Shown here: positions 11,381-25,735 of the stretch, piece after piece
Layout of the letters: each line of letters begins with the position of its first letter
Numbering within the stretch: position 1 is the stretch's first letter
Assembly (NCBI RefSeq): GCF_006345805.1
Contig: NC_043006.1
Location: 63,116,001 to 63,180,000 of the forward strand
Length of the DNA: 64,000 bases
Source of the DNA: Octopus sinensis
Taxonomy: Eukaryota
Direction of reading: 5' to 3'
Notes under the pieces: model-generated
The model's input: the letters and a program-made list of their open reading frames with translations, nothing else
The model's database searches: none
What the model was told of the DNA's origin: nothing
Program-made: the position numbers and the translations under genes

Positions 11381-13844
11381 TTTCTTTATATAGACATTTA
11401 TGTTTGTAATTATATTTATTTATTTTAAAAGATCTATTCATTTTTTTCTACATATTAATATTTTTATTTCTACTTATATTACTTTTTATTTATAGTTATA
11501 TCCATTATTATTTCGTATTTATATCGTATTTATTTTCAAAAAAAGGATGCTGAAACCTTATATAACTATATTCGAGATATATGCATCTTTTGAACCTAGC
11601 TATAACAGAATTTAGATTCAATTAGAGTAAAGTCAGCAACAGATATGTTGTATCGAAATCACCATCAGTAACTTGTTTGATGTTTGTTAATTTCAACACT
11701 GTGAACTGAAGATAAACTAGTTGTAGGTTTCTATCTATTCTATACTATTTTATTTCTTTTGCTTCACTGGGAAAGAAGATATAACCATACACGTTATTGC
11801 AAGCAAAAATAGTACATAGAAATTAGAATTCATCAGCTCGGAAATAAGAAATAGAATATAGAATCTAAAATATATCCGCCTCGCTGTTTAAAACAAATAA
11901 CACTCATGTGTCGATGGAGATGCGATATAAAGCGAGAATACAAAAGTATTAAGTAGGAATTCTCTCATTAAATGGGGACAGCTTTCAACTATTTCGTGAT
12001 AAAACTAGACTGCGCGCTATAATATTCATATCGATATTATCAAACACGCATATACACATTCACACACACACACATACATACACACACATACACACACAAA
12101 CACACGCGCGCGCGCATGCATACATACATGTTTACAAATACACATGCACAAGTGCACGCAGTCACATCCGAGATATTACAAGTTCTATAACAATGCTTAC
12201 GAACTTTTCGACAGATGCTAAGCAAAATATACCATAGAGCTAGGTCTACGTCAGCACGCACATACCATAACGTTTTTATATCTCCCTACCGTATAATTCA
12301 GCCAGTAACCCACACATATCTTTCCTCTCATATCAACTCCAAACGAACAAAATTATCTTCATCCTATTTGACATCATGCCAACGTATACATCTTCCCAGC
12401 ATACTAAATATATTTTAAATATACACTGTGGTGTTCATTATGCTAGCACATGATCATTATTATGGATGGAATTATGGGCTCTCACGTTATTTAGATCTAC
12501 GAATGTCCATCTGTTCCATTAACAGGACGACATACTAATTGAATTAGCGAGCAAAGTATTACAAATTCAGAATATAACAGTTACGTGAGATACATTCGAA
12601 AGAATATGTAACAATGTATCGATACAACATAGAGACATCACACATGGCAGATATCACCGACGCAGTATATTTCAAAATATATCACAATCATATCATACAA
12701 CGGTAGTTACCATCGGTACTGCATATTATATAATATAGCATGGTTGCACACAATATATCCTACATAGATATAACATCACACAATATATTATATGAAACAT
12801 TACAGGTTCGACATATTACGTATAAGCAAACACACACGCACGCATACACACATACACAAACACATACAGTATATCAATAAAATACACAATATTGTCACAC
12901 AAACTCTAATGTCACCTACATTGTACATCACAGACAATACAACATATAGCTCAGGCAATATATCATCTTACGTAGAATGCATATATATATATATATATAT
13001 ATCAGTTTAAAACCGACATGACTGGTATAATTCTTTTTTATTATATACTCGATAAAAATTGTTAAAAATCAATTGTACTTATCGGGTCTTGTATTTTGAA
13101 TCAGTTCTCTTTAGTAAGAAGAACCAAACACACGCTGCAATTCACTTCTTTAGTCTTCAATTATTTGTCAGAGATATCAGTTTTTCGTCCAACTCAAACT
13201 TATTCATTCATGATAACTGCATTTTGTAGAACCTATTTAATATTATCACAATGCATTTCCTTAAGGCCTTTTAAACACCTTTCAGGTTTTTCACACATTC
13301 AGAATGTTATTTCCTTCATATTATTGTATTTGGGGGGGGCGGGTGCTCAACAGACAGACTGACTATAGCATTGTTCTACATATTGTACATCATTTCTCGC
13401 AGTCTATATGTATAACAACAGCTCTGAGAGGCAAATACTTCCGGTTTTTAGATATGAGGAAGTCTGTTGTTTGGTTACGTTTCTACATTATCAGTTCAAA
13501 ATATTACGGGAGATGATCTTGGTATTAAATATTCTACTATCCATGAAATAATTAAATATTGAATTTTATTTAACTCATTAATATAGATATGTATGTGTCT
13601 GTGTGTGTTGGGGGGTATTGAAAGATTACAGAAATAATTTTTTTCTTATTCTCAAACGCGTGGTAATGCGAATAAATAGTGTGATCAGGATAAATTATCC
13701 ACACCTTGCAGAAAAATACGTTATCAGCCAGCCGGTAATGCATTTGAGAATAAAAAAAAATTATTTCTGTATCTTTCAATACATCACAACGCTTCTGAAA
13801 CAAACTTCATTTGTTTACTTTCATCATAAGTTATAAATAAATAA

Positions 13845-13976
13845 ATGTATGTATGTGTGTGTATGTATGTATGTATGTATGTATGTATTTATGTATGTAT
13901 GTATGTATGTATGTATGTATGTATGTATGTATGTACGTACGTCGTATGTATGTATGTATGTATGTATGTATGTATT
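13845..13976. repeat. (TATG)n microsatellite
   Basis: Direct reading. Confidence 0.97.
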
Positions 13977-14164
13977 TGGAGCATATTCCGTTCGGAACGG
14001 AGAAGAGTACAAAATATAGCTTGTTCACCCTTAGAATTAACAAATAGCTGGTAGTATTACGATATGCTTCCAAGTCTAGATTTGGGCATTCGATTGTGTG
14101 TGAAAATAAAGTTGGATAAGATATAGTCAACAAGAAGGAGTACGTTTGGACAGTTATTTTTTTA

Positions 14165-14254
14165 ATCACTACACATGTTTCTATATAACATAGTTCTTCA
14201 TATATACAGGAATTTGAATATGCAATGGGATCCAGTCGTATTTCTTCAGGCAAC
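14165..14254 (-). ncRNA. Hammerhead-like motif, left arm
   Basis: Minus strand: gttgc CTGAAGA a atacgac...gttatat a GAAA catgtg TA gtgat. Confidence 0.6.
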
Positions 14255-14342
14255 ATTCAATTGCTGTCTCCGTTAGTTATAAAACCTTCGACTTCGATGC
14301 TAACACATCCATCTCTCTTGTTTCAATTCAAGCAATGCAGAT

Positions 14343-14448
14343 ATCACCTGATGAAGCGCAACTGGATCCCATTATACAGGTAAAAGGTTGCTTAATCAAA
14401 ATTCTGTGTATATGAAGAACTATGTTGTATGGAAACATGAGTAGTGAT
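14343..14448 (+). ncRNA. Hammerhead-like motif, right arm
   Basis: atcac CTGATGA(14348-14354) a gcgcaac...gttgtat g GAAA(14432-14435) catgag TA gtgat; perfect 5-bp helix I. Confidence 0.62.
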
Positions 14449-14774
14449 TAAAAGATAACTGTCCAACCGTACTCCTTCTTGTTGACTCTATCTTATTCAA
14501 TTATGTGTGTGTGTGCGCGCGCGCGCGTGTATGTGTGTGTAATGACTCAGAAAAAAACAGTGACAAATTTATGCAATAATGCGAAATATATTTCAATTTT
14601 AAATACTGTGTATATATTATTCAAATTTCCCCTTATTTATATTTTATAACTATTGCTTATTTTCCTTGCTTTATTTTTTAATCTTACTTAAGTTAAGAAT
14701 GAAAATCAGAATTTATATTTTAACGGGCTAAATAATTAAAACCCTATTGTGTGGCATCTAATAAAATCATTATG

Positions 14775-14863
<89 letters not shown>

Positions 14864-14866
14864 TGG

Positions 14867-14939
<73 letters not shown>

Positions 14940-14994
14940 TGGTAGGTAGATAGATAGATAGATTGGTAGGTAGATAGATAGATAGATTGGTAGG

Positions 14995-15041
<47 letters not shown>

Positions 15042-15262
15042 GTAGGTAGGTAGGTAGGTAGGTACGTATGTAGGTAGGTACGTATGTAGATAGGTAGGTA
15101 GGTAAGTAGGTAGGTAGGTAGGTAGGTAGGTAGGTAGGAGGGTAAGTATGTATGTATGTATGTATGTAGGTAGGTAGGTAGGTAGGTAGGTAGGTAGGTA
15201 GGTAGGTAGGTAGGTAGGTAGGTAGGTAGGTAGGTAGGTGGGTGGGTTTGGGGTGGATGGAT
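14775..15262. repeat. (GATA)n to (GGTA)n compound microsatellite
   Basis: Direct reading. Confidence 0.98.
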
Positions 15263-15881
15263 ATGTATGCAAGATTTAGTTATGTGATGAGCAGTAACAA
15301 AATATTTTGATTCAGTTCTATGTACAATTCTTCGAGATAACCACTCTGTAATATTTGATATCATTAAAATCAGAGAGACCGCTTAGGTACTAGAGTAGCA
15401 GCCCTAATATATGATTGGGGAAATTTCCTGGTGCAGTGATTTACGTCTTTTATCGTTCTGGTTTCAAACGTAATTGATGTGCAAAATATGTACCACTAAA
15501 TTCACTCGCTCCAACATTTGTTTACATGTATGAGATTGTCTACGAAATGTAGGGGCCATAAATCACTTGAATTACCTTTCCGTTTGTTCTTCCTTTGGAA
15601 TATAAGACTATTACTCTGTATGAAATTGAACCAATATTACAAGATAGAAAGTTCGCTTTAATCTACAATTGATGCGTATAGCCATATAGAAGTAGTTCCA
15701 GAAATATTTCATACTTGGAGATATTAAAACTTCAGACAATATACCATACATCGAATGTTCTTAGTGCATTTATTTTCCTACAAAGTAAATTCATAAGTTA
15801 CAGAGATGCAATTTCCCGCATCAACTGATATACAGTTCAAGAAAGCAATTTATCAATAAAGAGGAAATTATATACATCTAA

Positions 15882-15926
<45 letters not shown>

Positions 15927-18900
15927 CATGTGTGTGTATCTGTAAATATATATTGTTATAGTTTTCTTGATATACTTAAAACTTTTAAACTTCTATAACC
16001 GATATCTCTTCCGACAGATAAATCTTTGTTCACCAGTTTTATTAGTCAGGATTACAGGAGCATTATCCTGAGTATACCCTCTACACAATTGCTTTATATC
16101 TTTAGATTTCCTCTAATCTGAACTTTGTAGTAATTCTGTTACCAAGTAAAAAGCCAAAAATTGATTATTTTTCAATAAGCTCAGTAACTGATTGTTGACT
16201 ACGATCAAATGTTAGACAGTCATAATTGAAACTAGTGACTTGAAACAATTCCATTTTGCTTCTGTTCTTTGTACACTTTTATTTACTACCTCAGGGTTTA
16301 GACGCGATATCCGTAGCAATTTTTTTCATGGACATTATCACACATGGTGATAAACGAAATTAATTCGTTTAACGTTATTTAAAATTGTTAAATAATAATT
16401 TTCTAGTATACTCGTGTCGACAAAAGTAACAGTTATTGCGAATGAGGCTTCCACTCAAAATAGCGCATGAAACCATTGATACATTTTTACCTAATGAGTT
16501 TGAACTTTGTATTTAATGTTAAGATATTACACCTTGATAATACACTTTGATATCAGCCAAAATTAGGTGAATTACAATTTGTAATGCTGCTTATTGGAAA
16601 TGATGCTTCACAACATTAGCAACCCTTTTTTTCAATTGTAATTGTTTTTTCCAATGACAGCACTTTTTTTCAGTTGTAATTGCTTTTATTTTTTTCCATT
16701 AATAGTTTAAAAATTTGAATGAAAAATTGATAGTATTTACGAAATATTACAAATGTATTTAACAAATATTGAAGGATTGGTTGTTTCATATTTTACTAAA
16801 ATTGCGATAACACGTAAAATCCAGGGTAAAACGGTAAAACGAATAAATTTAAAATTATTTTTTGTTCATGCCCTGATTCGTATCTTAGTTTGTATATATA
16901 CATACACACGCGCACAACAGGAATATTAGCTCAAGACGCACAGCAGATAAAGCTATAAATAATGTAAATAATAGCATGTAAATATGCTTTCTACGATGTG
17001 CTTCGAGAGTGAATATAACAAAAAATAAATTATTTCACGTTCTCTCGAAAGATTATAAAATCATTATGACATCATATATATATATATATATGAACGTATA
17101 CGCTTTAAATTTGTGCTTGTGTTGAAACTGATAGCTTATTCAACTACTCTTCAATAAATTCTATTATAGAAAATTACATAAATGTATTCCAGCTGTGACC
17201 ATCCAATCAGCATATCATTTAATATATATGCAATGTACATGTGTGTGTGTGTGTGTGTACATGAATATATTTTTAAAATAGTGTAATATATCAATAAAGT
17301 ATATTAAAATATTTACTCTTATTTATTGAAAGTTTTCGTGTTTAATGTTTTACTTACTAGAAAAGTAAACTTTTGCTTACAGCTGGAACATCTTTGCGTT
17401 TTTGTTTTTCTAATATTAAATTTTTATATATGAATTCATATGCTCTTGCCGAAACTTATATACAGGAACTAAATCGCATAACAGCCGGTAAATACTTTTC
17501 GTTATTCAGTTCTCATATTACATTTGTTAATGATCCATGAGAATTTCAAGTTTCCCCTTCTTGTTATCTGAATATGGAAACTGAAGTTAACTCTTTAATC
17601 GAACCCACATTTATTTTCTATTCTCATACAATTGCTCATTCCTTATTTGCTATCAAGGCAAAGTGATAAAGACTCCATCCATTCACTCGCTTTCATTTAA
17701 CCCAAGTCACCCACTCTCTATTGCAATTTGACAACCTCTTACTTTCACAGTCTATTTAGCGTAACAGAGAACAAAACACTAAACTTTATCATGATATCTG
17801 TGTCCGAATCATGCATTTTCTTCTATCACCAACATAGAAGGTATAATGAGTTTTTTTGTCAAGGAAAAAGGGCAGTACCCATAGATTTTTCTGACTGCTT
17901 TACAATGACCGATTACTAAAATATTGTTGATTTCTAGCATTGACCTAATGCATGAACTTTGAGGAATCGAAAGATCTACTGGTTCGACACGAGTATACGA
18001 ATAGCACGTTTTAGAAACCAGCTATGATTTGAACCAAAACGCAACTGAACGTAATTAAAAATTGTAGGTTATTGCTCCTGATTTTGATAAGTAGAATAAC
18101 GTTTGCACCAACGGAGTCTATTTATTTCCCTCACTATTTTACCATTAAAAAAAACAAGCACGAATTGTAGTCATACTGGGTACGCAATGCCAGAAAATAA
18201 AACAGGAGAGTCACGGTAAGTATTGCTTTGATCATAACAAATGCAGCTTCTGACCCGATTACGGCTAAGCAATAACCTTAAAAACAACAACAAAAATTAG
18301 TAGTTTTATTGCAATTATAATTATTTTTTACTAAGATAATTCCGACACACTATATTGAAGAACTAGTACTTGACAAATATTAGCATGGAAGTTTGTGTTT
18401 AAATTGTGGAACCAAGATTAAAAGATGTTCTACCATTCTGTCAGCTAACAGATAAATGAATAAAACGAATATGCCATTCTATCATACATATCTATCATAC
18501 AATTTTACTCACGTGAAACCCTAATTTGTTGAAAATAAGCTTTAGTAACTTGATTGATAACGTTGGGTCTCTCCTTTCCCAGTCGACATACAATGTCTTA
18601 AAGTATAGAAGTACATTTGATAATTAAATAGAAACGAAAGATAAGCCACTCCTGAAGCAAACCAGATGGAGTGTTTATCACTGGTTACTTCAACTTTAAG
18701 CTTCACCGAGACACGTCTTCTGTAAGATAAGCCATTTGTATGTTTGCAGATTAGTTCCGCCTACTTTCAGTTGGATTCGTTTTATCAAGTCCAATGCGAT
18801 GACTAAGACAGATCGATCTAAACAATATGTTGACTTCAAAGCAGCAGAAAATCACGATTACAGAAATCTTATAAAATGCACGAAAATAAGTGACATTTTC

Positions 18901-20229
18901 GAGACTGATATTTCACTGCAGTGAATGAAATTACACTTTACTATGTACAAGATCCTCATTGACAAATGTTGTATAATAAATTCATTATTAGACTGAGATT
19001 TAGTGTATGTGATTGTATTGATTTCTGATTTTGGTACCCAACCACAAAACCACAATGTTGTAGGGATTGTCTATTGGTTATGGGAAAAACATCCGTATAA
19101 TACTGGTAGTATAATACAAGCCAACGAGTGAGCCATACTGTGGTTGATCAAATTACTAGAAATAGCAGCAAAATCTCCCTCGAATTATATCCCAACTGTC
19201 TTAAAGAAAAGATTGTGGATTCGATTCCTAGACTGAAAAGAGCACTATGCCTTTGAGCAAGGTATTATATTACACATATCTCCAGTCTACCCGGATGTAA
19301 ATGAGCGCCAGGCAATTCCGATAAAGCTTTCTCTTCTTTCCTCTTTATATCCTCGATGTTTTGTGAGTTCAAGCGTAGGCGAGTCGAGAAGGTGTTTGAA
19401 TGTGCTTGCGAATATAATGGTAGCTCCTGTCAATTTCGACGTATGTGTGTTTGAAGAGCAGTATTAAAAGAGACAGCGAGAGAAGACAGTTTTTAACAAA
19501 TGGAAGAACAAAAGAATCTACATCTACTTGCCATGGATGCGTGAATATAATTTGAGTGATTTTGCTTTGAAGGCGCAATGGGGATACTGGTGATTTTGAT
19601 TTTGCCTGGGATTGAGCCTGTTGATTGCAGAATATAGTTCTTTTATTGTTCTTTTTCTTCAACTCAAAATGTTTTGATGCATCATGACACATTTTACGCT
19701 ATGCTGATCCATCTAGGCAATAAATTTCCAAGATGTCAATTTAAGCTGTAGAGGTTTTAGTGACTGCTTGAATAAATCCTTATACCTAAGAACAGATATA
19801 CATCTACTGCGATAACCCTCCACATGTTGGCTATACAAAATAATTTTTGGAATGTGGTCGTCTTTCATTGAAACATGCCCTATTCATCTGCGCTGAATTA
19901 TCAGCAGTATGCTTCGAATACAGGAGATTTCAGATTTTTCGAAGCTTTTGATATTTCATATATTATCTTGCCATCTTAGGTTGCAGATATTGCGCAGACA
20001 GCACATATGAAATGTTTCAAGTTTCTCTACACGTTTGTAGTAGGGAGTCCAAGCCTCTGCCCTATACAAAATTGTACTCAAAATAAGGATTTGTATACAC
20101 GTATAATTTCTTTTCAAACTGACACTGTATTCGCGAATTCAGTGAAAGCGTGATACTCCCTTGATAGTTAAGCGTTTTCTTCTCGTATATAAGCGCGTGT
20201 GTGTGTATTGGTATTATATTATATTATAT

Positions 20230-20263
<34 letters not shown>

Positions 20264-20301
20264 ATATATACATACATACATGCATACATACATACATACA
20301 T

Positions 20302-20336
<35 letters not shown>

Positions 20337-20374
20337 TATATATATATACACACACACACACAAATATATGCATA

Positions 20375-20562
20375 TCTATATTTATAAAACTGAGAATACA
20401 TGTATGTCAGTCTGTGTTTCTGTATTTTGCATTGCCAAAACTCGAAAACTACCCAACCGATTTCATTCAAATTTTACACATGCTTTACTTAGGGTCCATG
20501 CAGTGTCACGGCCCAAAGCAATTTTCATCTTCTTCCTTAATGCGAGCCGGGAGCAATCTCTT
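20375..20562 (+). mobile_element. Short non-autonomous Helitron-like (Lep1-type) element
   Basis: A|TCtatatttataaaactgagaat..gtatgtcagtctgt..aaaactacccaaccgatttcattcaaattttacac, similar to the minus-strand element ending at 958; 3' end degenerate. Confidence 0.5.
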
Positions 20563-20682
20563 ACTTTTGTGTTGATATATTGAGAAACATTTTTATTAAT
20601 AATATATAAATCATCATCATCATATAACATCCATGTACCTCGCTGAAGTACAAATCTTGTGAAGTGGGGTCAGCTTCATGGT

Positions 20683-21052
20683 ACTGCGTGGTACCTTAGG
20701 CAAATGTCTTCTACTACAGCCTCGGGCCGACCAAAGCTTTGTGAGTGAATTTGATAGACGGAAACTGAAAGAAACCCATCGTATATATATGTATATATGT
20801 GTGTGTTTGTGTGTGTATTTGTGTATGTGTATGTTTGTGCGTCTGTGTTTGTCCCCCCAACATCGCTTGACAACAGATGCTGGTGTGTTTACGTCCCCAT
20901 AACTTAGCGGTTCGGTCAAACAGACCGTTAGAATAAGTACTAGGCTTACAAAGAATAAGTCCTGAGGTCGATTTTCTCGACTAAAGGCGGTGCTCCAGCA
21001 TGGCCACAGTTAAATGACTGAAACAAGTAAAAGAGTAAACAGTAAAAGAGAG
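20683..21052 (+). mobile_element. 5'-truncated SINE (family A: internal TA/TG tract, (AGTAAAAG)n tail)
   Basis: Collinear with 61710-62137. Confidence 0.92.
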
Positions 21053-21326
21053 TATGTGCCAAAAATTTCTGAAAAAGTGAAAAATAAAGAAATTGTTGGG
21101 TGGGGTGTTAACATTTTGAAACTGCGATATCTGCATTTATTTTTTCAAAATCGGAATCTCCATAGCCGAAAAAAATAAAAAATTAAAAGTGGAGGAGGTG
21201 TCGGGTTACGTCTCCGCTATGTGCGCCTTTCTATCTACTGTTTTAATCTTTATTCTTCTATCTACTAATTTTTTGTCCTTTATAAACTGTGAATTCCCTG
21301 TCTAGGGCTGTCATACATAGTCACCT

Positions 21327-21404
21327 TGTCTCTGATCATGGAATACAGAGTGTATGGAGATGCTAACCTATCACTTGGGATGCCACAGAAATAACTGTAA
21401 GACA
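21327..21404 (+). ncRNA. Decayed hammerhead-like motif
   Basis: tgtct CTGATCA tggaat...atgcca ca GAAA taactg TA agaca; perfect helix I tgtct/agaca; G8 mutated to C. Confidence 0.5.
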
Positions 21405-22438
21405 TCCAGAAATTAATCAATTAATTACCTCAAATTCACCTTACTCTAATTAAATATTCTAAATTACTTGAGATACTCGTCCTGCTTTGGCTTTTGCTGT
21501 TCTTTTTCGTCTAATATATATCTCCTAGCTCCAGCCTCCGCTGTGAAATTGGAACATAACAGATTACCAATTATAGCACTTACACAGCGTACCTATTCTT
21601 TTAAATCACCATGAGAAATAACTATATATGTACATTTATATGTGCGTGTGTGTATGCAAATTTATGTATATAGATATACATGTACATACATCCATATAAG
21701 CACACGTTACTGCCACAATAAAATGTTTATAAAAGCGAGTTAACACCAATATATGTATAGTATATACGTGAAAACCATACGAAGATATAAATATAGCATA
21801 GAAATAAACATATTTATATATGCATATGTGCACGTACATACACACACACATATATGTCTGTAACCGTATGCATGTATACATGCATGTATGAGCATCTGCC
21901 GCTTTCAATTTACTACTAAATTTTTAATATTTTTAACATTTTTAACGTTTTATGGAGATTTCCATAAATTATGTCAGATTCTTTTTGCGAGTTATTTGCT
22001 GTGAAGCAATTTCACATAATACAATTGTCAAGCTGCTACCGTTGTTAGATGGAACCGCGGTAAAATCAACAACTTATTAATTTGTGAAAAATCGCTTATC
22101 GAATTTTGATCAATAAAAATATTCTTCTCCCCCAAAGTAATTTAAATATTATTCATTTCATATTTTCTTGATTAGTTTTTGTTATATTTTAGCGTTAATA
22201 TTTTTGACTAAGTCTCGTTTTTTTCTAGTTTTTCCTCTATACTTTATTCAAACAAATAAGTAGGTTTAACGTTAGATATTTTAAAGTGGAATTTTGTTTT
22301 GGCACTAGAGATTGTTGATACCTACGTAAAATATTATGAGCGTCTGAATACACACATATACACTCATACATATGTGTACAGAGAGAGACATAGGCAGAGA
22401 TAAGATATATGCGTTCACATAGTTGTTTTTGTTTTGTA

Positions 22439-23714
22439 TTAGGTCGTCAATTATGACATTTGTAGAAAAGAAAAAGAAGTTGGCCAAAGTTTTATAAATA
22501 CAAGGAATAGTTTTATTCATCAAAGTACGAACCCATATTGCCAATACATTTTTTCCATTTCAGCGTTAGCTTGTTGAGCCCGGAACTGTAAAAGCCTGGC
22601 AATCTAGAGTCAATACAATCTTGGACAATCGTTGGATTTAAATTTTTTTCCTATCAAAATGTTAACCTAATTCTGGAAGAAGTGGTTGTCAGAGGAGGCA
22701 AGATCAGGTGATTATGATGGATGACGGAGAATTCAAACTCCAAGTCCTGTAGTTTCGCCAATGTTGTTTTTGCAATGTGTGGTCTGGCGTTGTCTTGCAA
22801 TAAAATAGGAGGGAATCTGTTGACTAATCTAGGCTGGTTTTTTTTTGCAATTTTCTGCATCATTTGGTCCAGTTGGCTGCAGTATACTTCGGCCGTGACT
22901 GATGGGCCAGGTTTAATGAAATCATAATGAATCACACCTGCACCAGACCACCAAACACACACAGCTTCTTTTGATTGATTTTGCTTTTTGGATTGTGTTC
23001 TGGTGGCTCGCCTTTGTCGAACCATTTTGCTGAACGTTTACAGTTGTTGTATTGGATTCATTTCTCATCACATGTTACAATTCGATTCAAAATTGATTCA
23101 TTTCTGTGACGAGAAAGTAACATAATGCAGGCTTCCAAACGTTGCTTTTTCTTATTTTCATTGAGTTCATGCGGAACCCACTTATCCAGCTTTTTCACTT
23201 TACCGATTTGAACTAGGTGAGTCTATATTATGTGCTAGCTAACATCAAACAACAACGATAACTGACGGGCACTTTGAGATGGATCTGACTCAAAGGTGGT
23301 TTTCAGTTCGTCATTATGCACCTTTGTTTCTGTTCGTTCGTATTGCTCATTTGTGAGGTCAAAGTTACCAGAACGAAATTTTGCAAGCCAATTTGATACT
23401 GCCTTCTGTGTAATAACCTCAGAATGAAATACTCCATTACGATTCCAAGCTGTCTGTGATGCTGTATTTCCAATAAAGAACTCACATTTCAAAGCTGTAC
23501 GAATTTCCGACTTATCCATCTCTAAACAAAAATTGCAAAAAGAAAAACGATTTATAAATACTTCATAAAGCACAAAATGAGTTAGAATAAGGAAATAAAT
23601 GTGTCAGCTTTCTAACAAAAAATAAAGATTGTCAAAATATAATAATGGCGTAAGATAAGCAGCTGTCAAAATTTACCATATACCTTATTACCAATTTCAT
23701 ACTTAACATCCTAA
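22439..23714 (-). mobile_element. Full-length dead mariner (Hsmar1/cecropia-like transposase pseudogene)
   Basis: TA at 22437-8 and 23715-6; imperfect TIRs ttaggtcgtcaattatgacatt / ttaggatgttaagtatgaaatt; MDKSEIR..EF..G..A..WLAKFRSGNFDL HTH, VWW..GVIHYDF, LLQDNARPH; multiple stops and frameshifts. Confidence 0.93.
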
Positions 23715-25290
23715 TATATTTGTCCTGCTTTATAAGGATAGTGCTCCTGTGTGTGTCTGAGTGTATCTGTTAGCTGGGCACAGAAGCCTCTTGCAGTGGA
23801 AACGTTATAAATCATTCTCTCAGCTCTCTCGATTATTCTGTTGATGGAACTAAATCGTCTTTGTTTTCTAGTCTCCTTCTATGGATTTTGCCGATTAGAG
23901 ATCTGAGTGCTATTGATATTGCATACACTTATACGAATACACTCAGATAAATATACACGAATGTTCACTACAACAAACACTCAACTAAATACGTATGAAT
24001 ACAGACCATTTCTAACATGCCTGGCAACATATGACAACATGCAATAATCATAATGTGTTTGACAATGGAGAGTTTATCAGATGCATTTGCAGATGTATAA
24101 CGAAAATCTTTATGTGTATGTACGTACGTACATGTACATGTATATGTATGTACGTACATGTGCATGTATATGTATGTACGTACATGTACATAGTAATCTG
24201 ATATACATCTGATATATATGAAAACACATAAATACATAAACATATAGATATATGCACAGAAACAGTTTTTCTATAGATGTGAGTTCTTCGATTTTTACAA
24301 GAGGCTGCCCGAGTACGAAGCGAGAAGCAATAAGTGAACTGGCAAGTCTATTTGTTTAAATAGAATGGTCTAAGTTATACTGGCAGATTAAAAGGAATCA
24401 CCGGGAAAGGAATATGAGAAAAAAGAAACAAAATTGAAAGTGCAGTCGTAAATAACATCTAAACGGTTATATGTATTTCATAGCAGAGATGCAGGTAACT
24501 GTATTCTGACCTGCCTAATGTATGTAAGGATTACTATAAGATGATATTCTGAAATACGGAGAATTTACTTTCAATATACAAACAAGAACACAAAGATTTG
24601 TAAAAGAAGATCACTCATCTGTGAAAAGTAATCTACACATTCGGATGAGAAGCGTGCAAGTACACAAGGAAATTGAATTTCATTAGCAAACACTCTAATT
24701 TACATTTCCGTCGACGAGCTATTCGTAGCATGCCACTTGTCAAACATTACCAAAGACATCCTTTTTTTGGATAACCTTCACCCTTTAATATAATATATTA
24801 ACCCTACTTATAGTGTGTTCTAGAACAGAGAAGGCCAATAAGTATCGAAATCAAGATATTCGACAGAAAATGACAAGAAAACATTTTCACGAATATTTCG
24901 TTGTGAAATTTGAAAAATGTTAAAGGTTAATGGCGTTTCTCTCTTAATGCATATTAATTGAGGGCTGAACACAATTTGATGATGTGCATTCGCTGGTAAT
25001 CAATCATGTGTATACAAATGAAATGATTGCATAAGATGATATTATGTGTAATCAACAGGTTAATCAGTTCAACTTTGGTGGATCACTTAGAACGGCAGTA
25101 TATTCTAACATTCAAAAGGAAATGAGCCTCAAATATATGTTTGTGTGTGTGCGTATGTGTGTATGTATGTGTATATCTATGTATATAACTTTATATATAT
25201 ATAAATTTCTAGAGAACACACTTTTTGTGGTAAGGCGATTTGACGTCTATTTCCAGTGTATAGGATTCCACTTTAGTGGTCATTCTTCTC

Positions 25291-25383
<93 letters not shown>

Positions 25384-25516
25384 TAATGTTTATTTGCCAA
25401 CGTAAAATAACAGTCCTGTTTAGGACGAATGTTACTCCAGCTGGCTTTTAACGAGCTAACTGTGTTCTTATATTTTCGAACAAGGGAGGTAGTGTCACCA
25501 CTCAGCTCAAAACAAT

Positions 25517-25564
25517 ATCTATGTACCAATGTTTTCTGAGTTATTTACACTCATCAGCACAGAT
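25517..25564 (-). ncRNA. Hammerhead-like motif
   Basis: Minus strand: atctgtg CTGATGA gtgtaaataactca GAAA acattgg TA catagat; 7-bp helix I with one GU; helices II and III imperfect. Confidence 0.6.
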
Positions 25565-25735
25565 TAATTGCTTGTCAAGTGATGGTGACACTAGTTCTTG
25601 TACGAAGTATACACTTTACAAAATGACACACTTACACTGATCTCATAACTAGAAAACCTATTAGTTCTAAATCTCTGAACGTGTGTATTTTCTCAAGCTT
25701 TTTTCCCTCACTCCATCTGTTTTCTCTCCTCATTC

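Larger units (their letters stand above)
14112..14500. repeat. Inverted repeat (arms about 14112-14272 and 14331-14500)
   Basis: gtcaacaagaaggagtacgtttggacagttat..atgggatccagt is the reverse complement of actggatcccat..ataactgtccaaccgtactccttcttgttgac, with substitutions and one indel. Confidence 0.95.

Noticed and set aside
13831-15364. IHTY/IYLS/TYLP-repeat ORFs (and similar ones throughout the window)
   Set aside because: Tetranucleotide microsatellite translations
16270-16880. Possible hAT-type MITE with caggg ends
   Set aside because: Only 5-6 terminal bases match and there is no TSD
18736-18924. Short ORF after a tgtttgcag acceptor-like site
   Set aside because: No similarity to the GPCR family and no clear donor
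19480-19600. Possible Penelope post-RT fragment (IYIYLPWM)
   Set aside because: A single short motif, too degenerate to support
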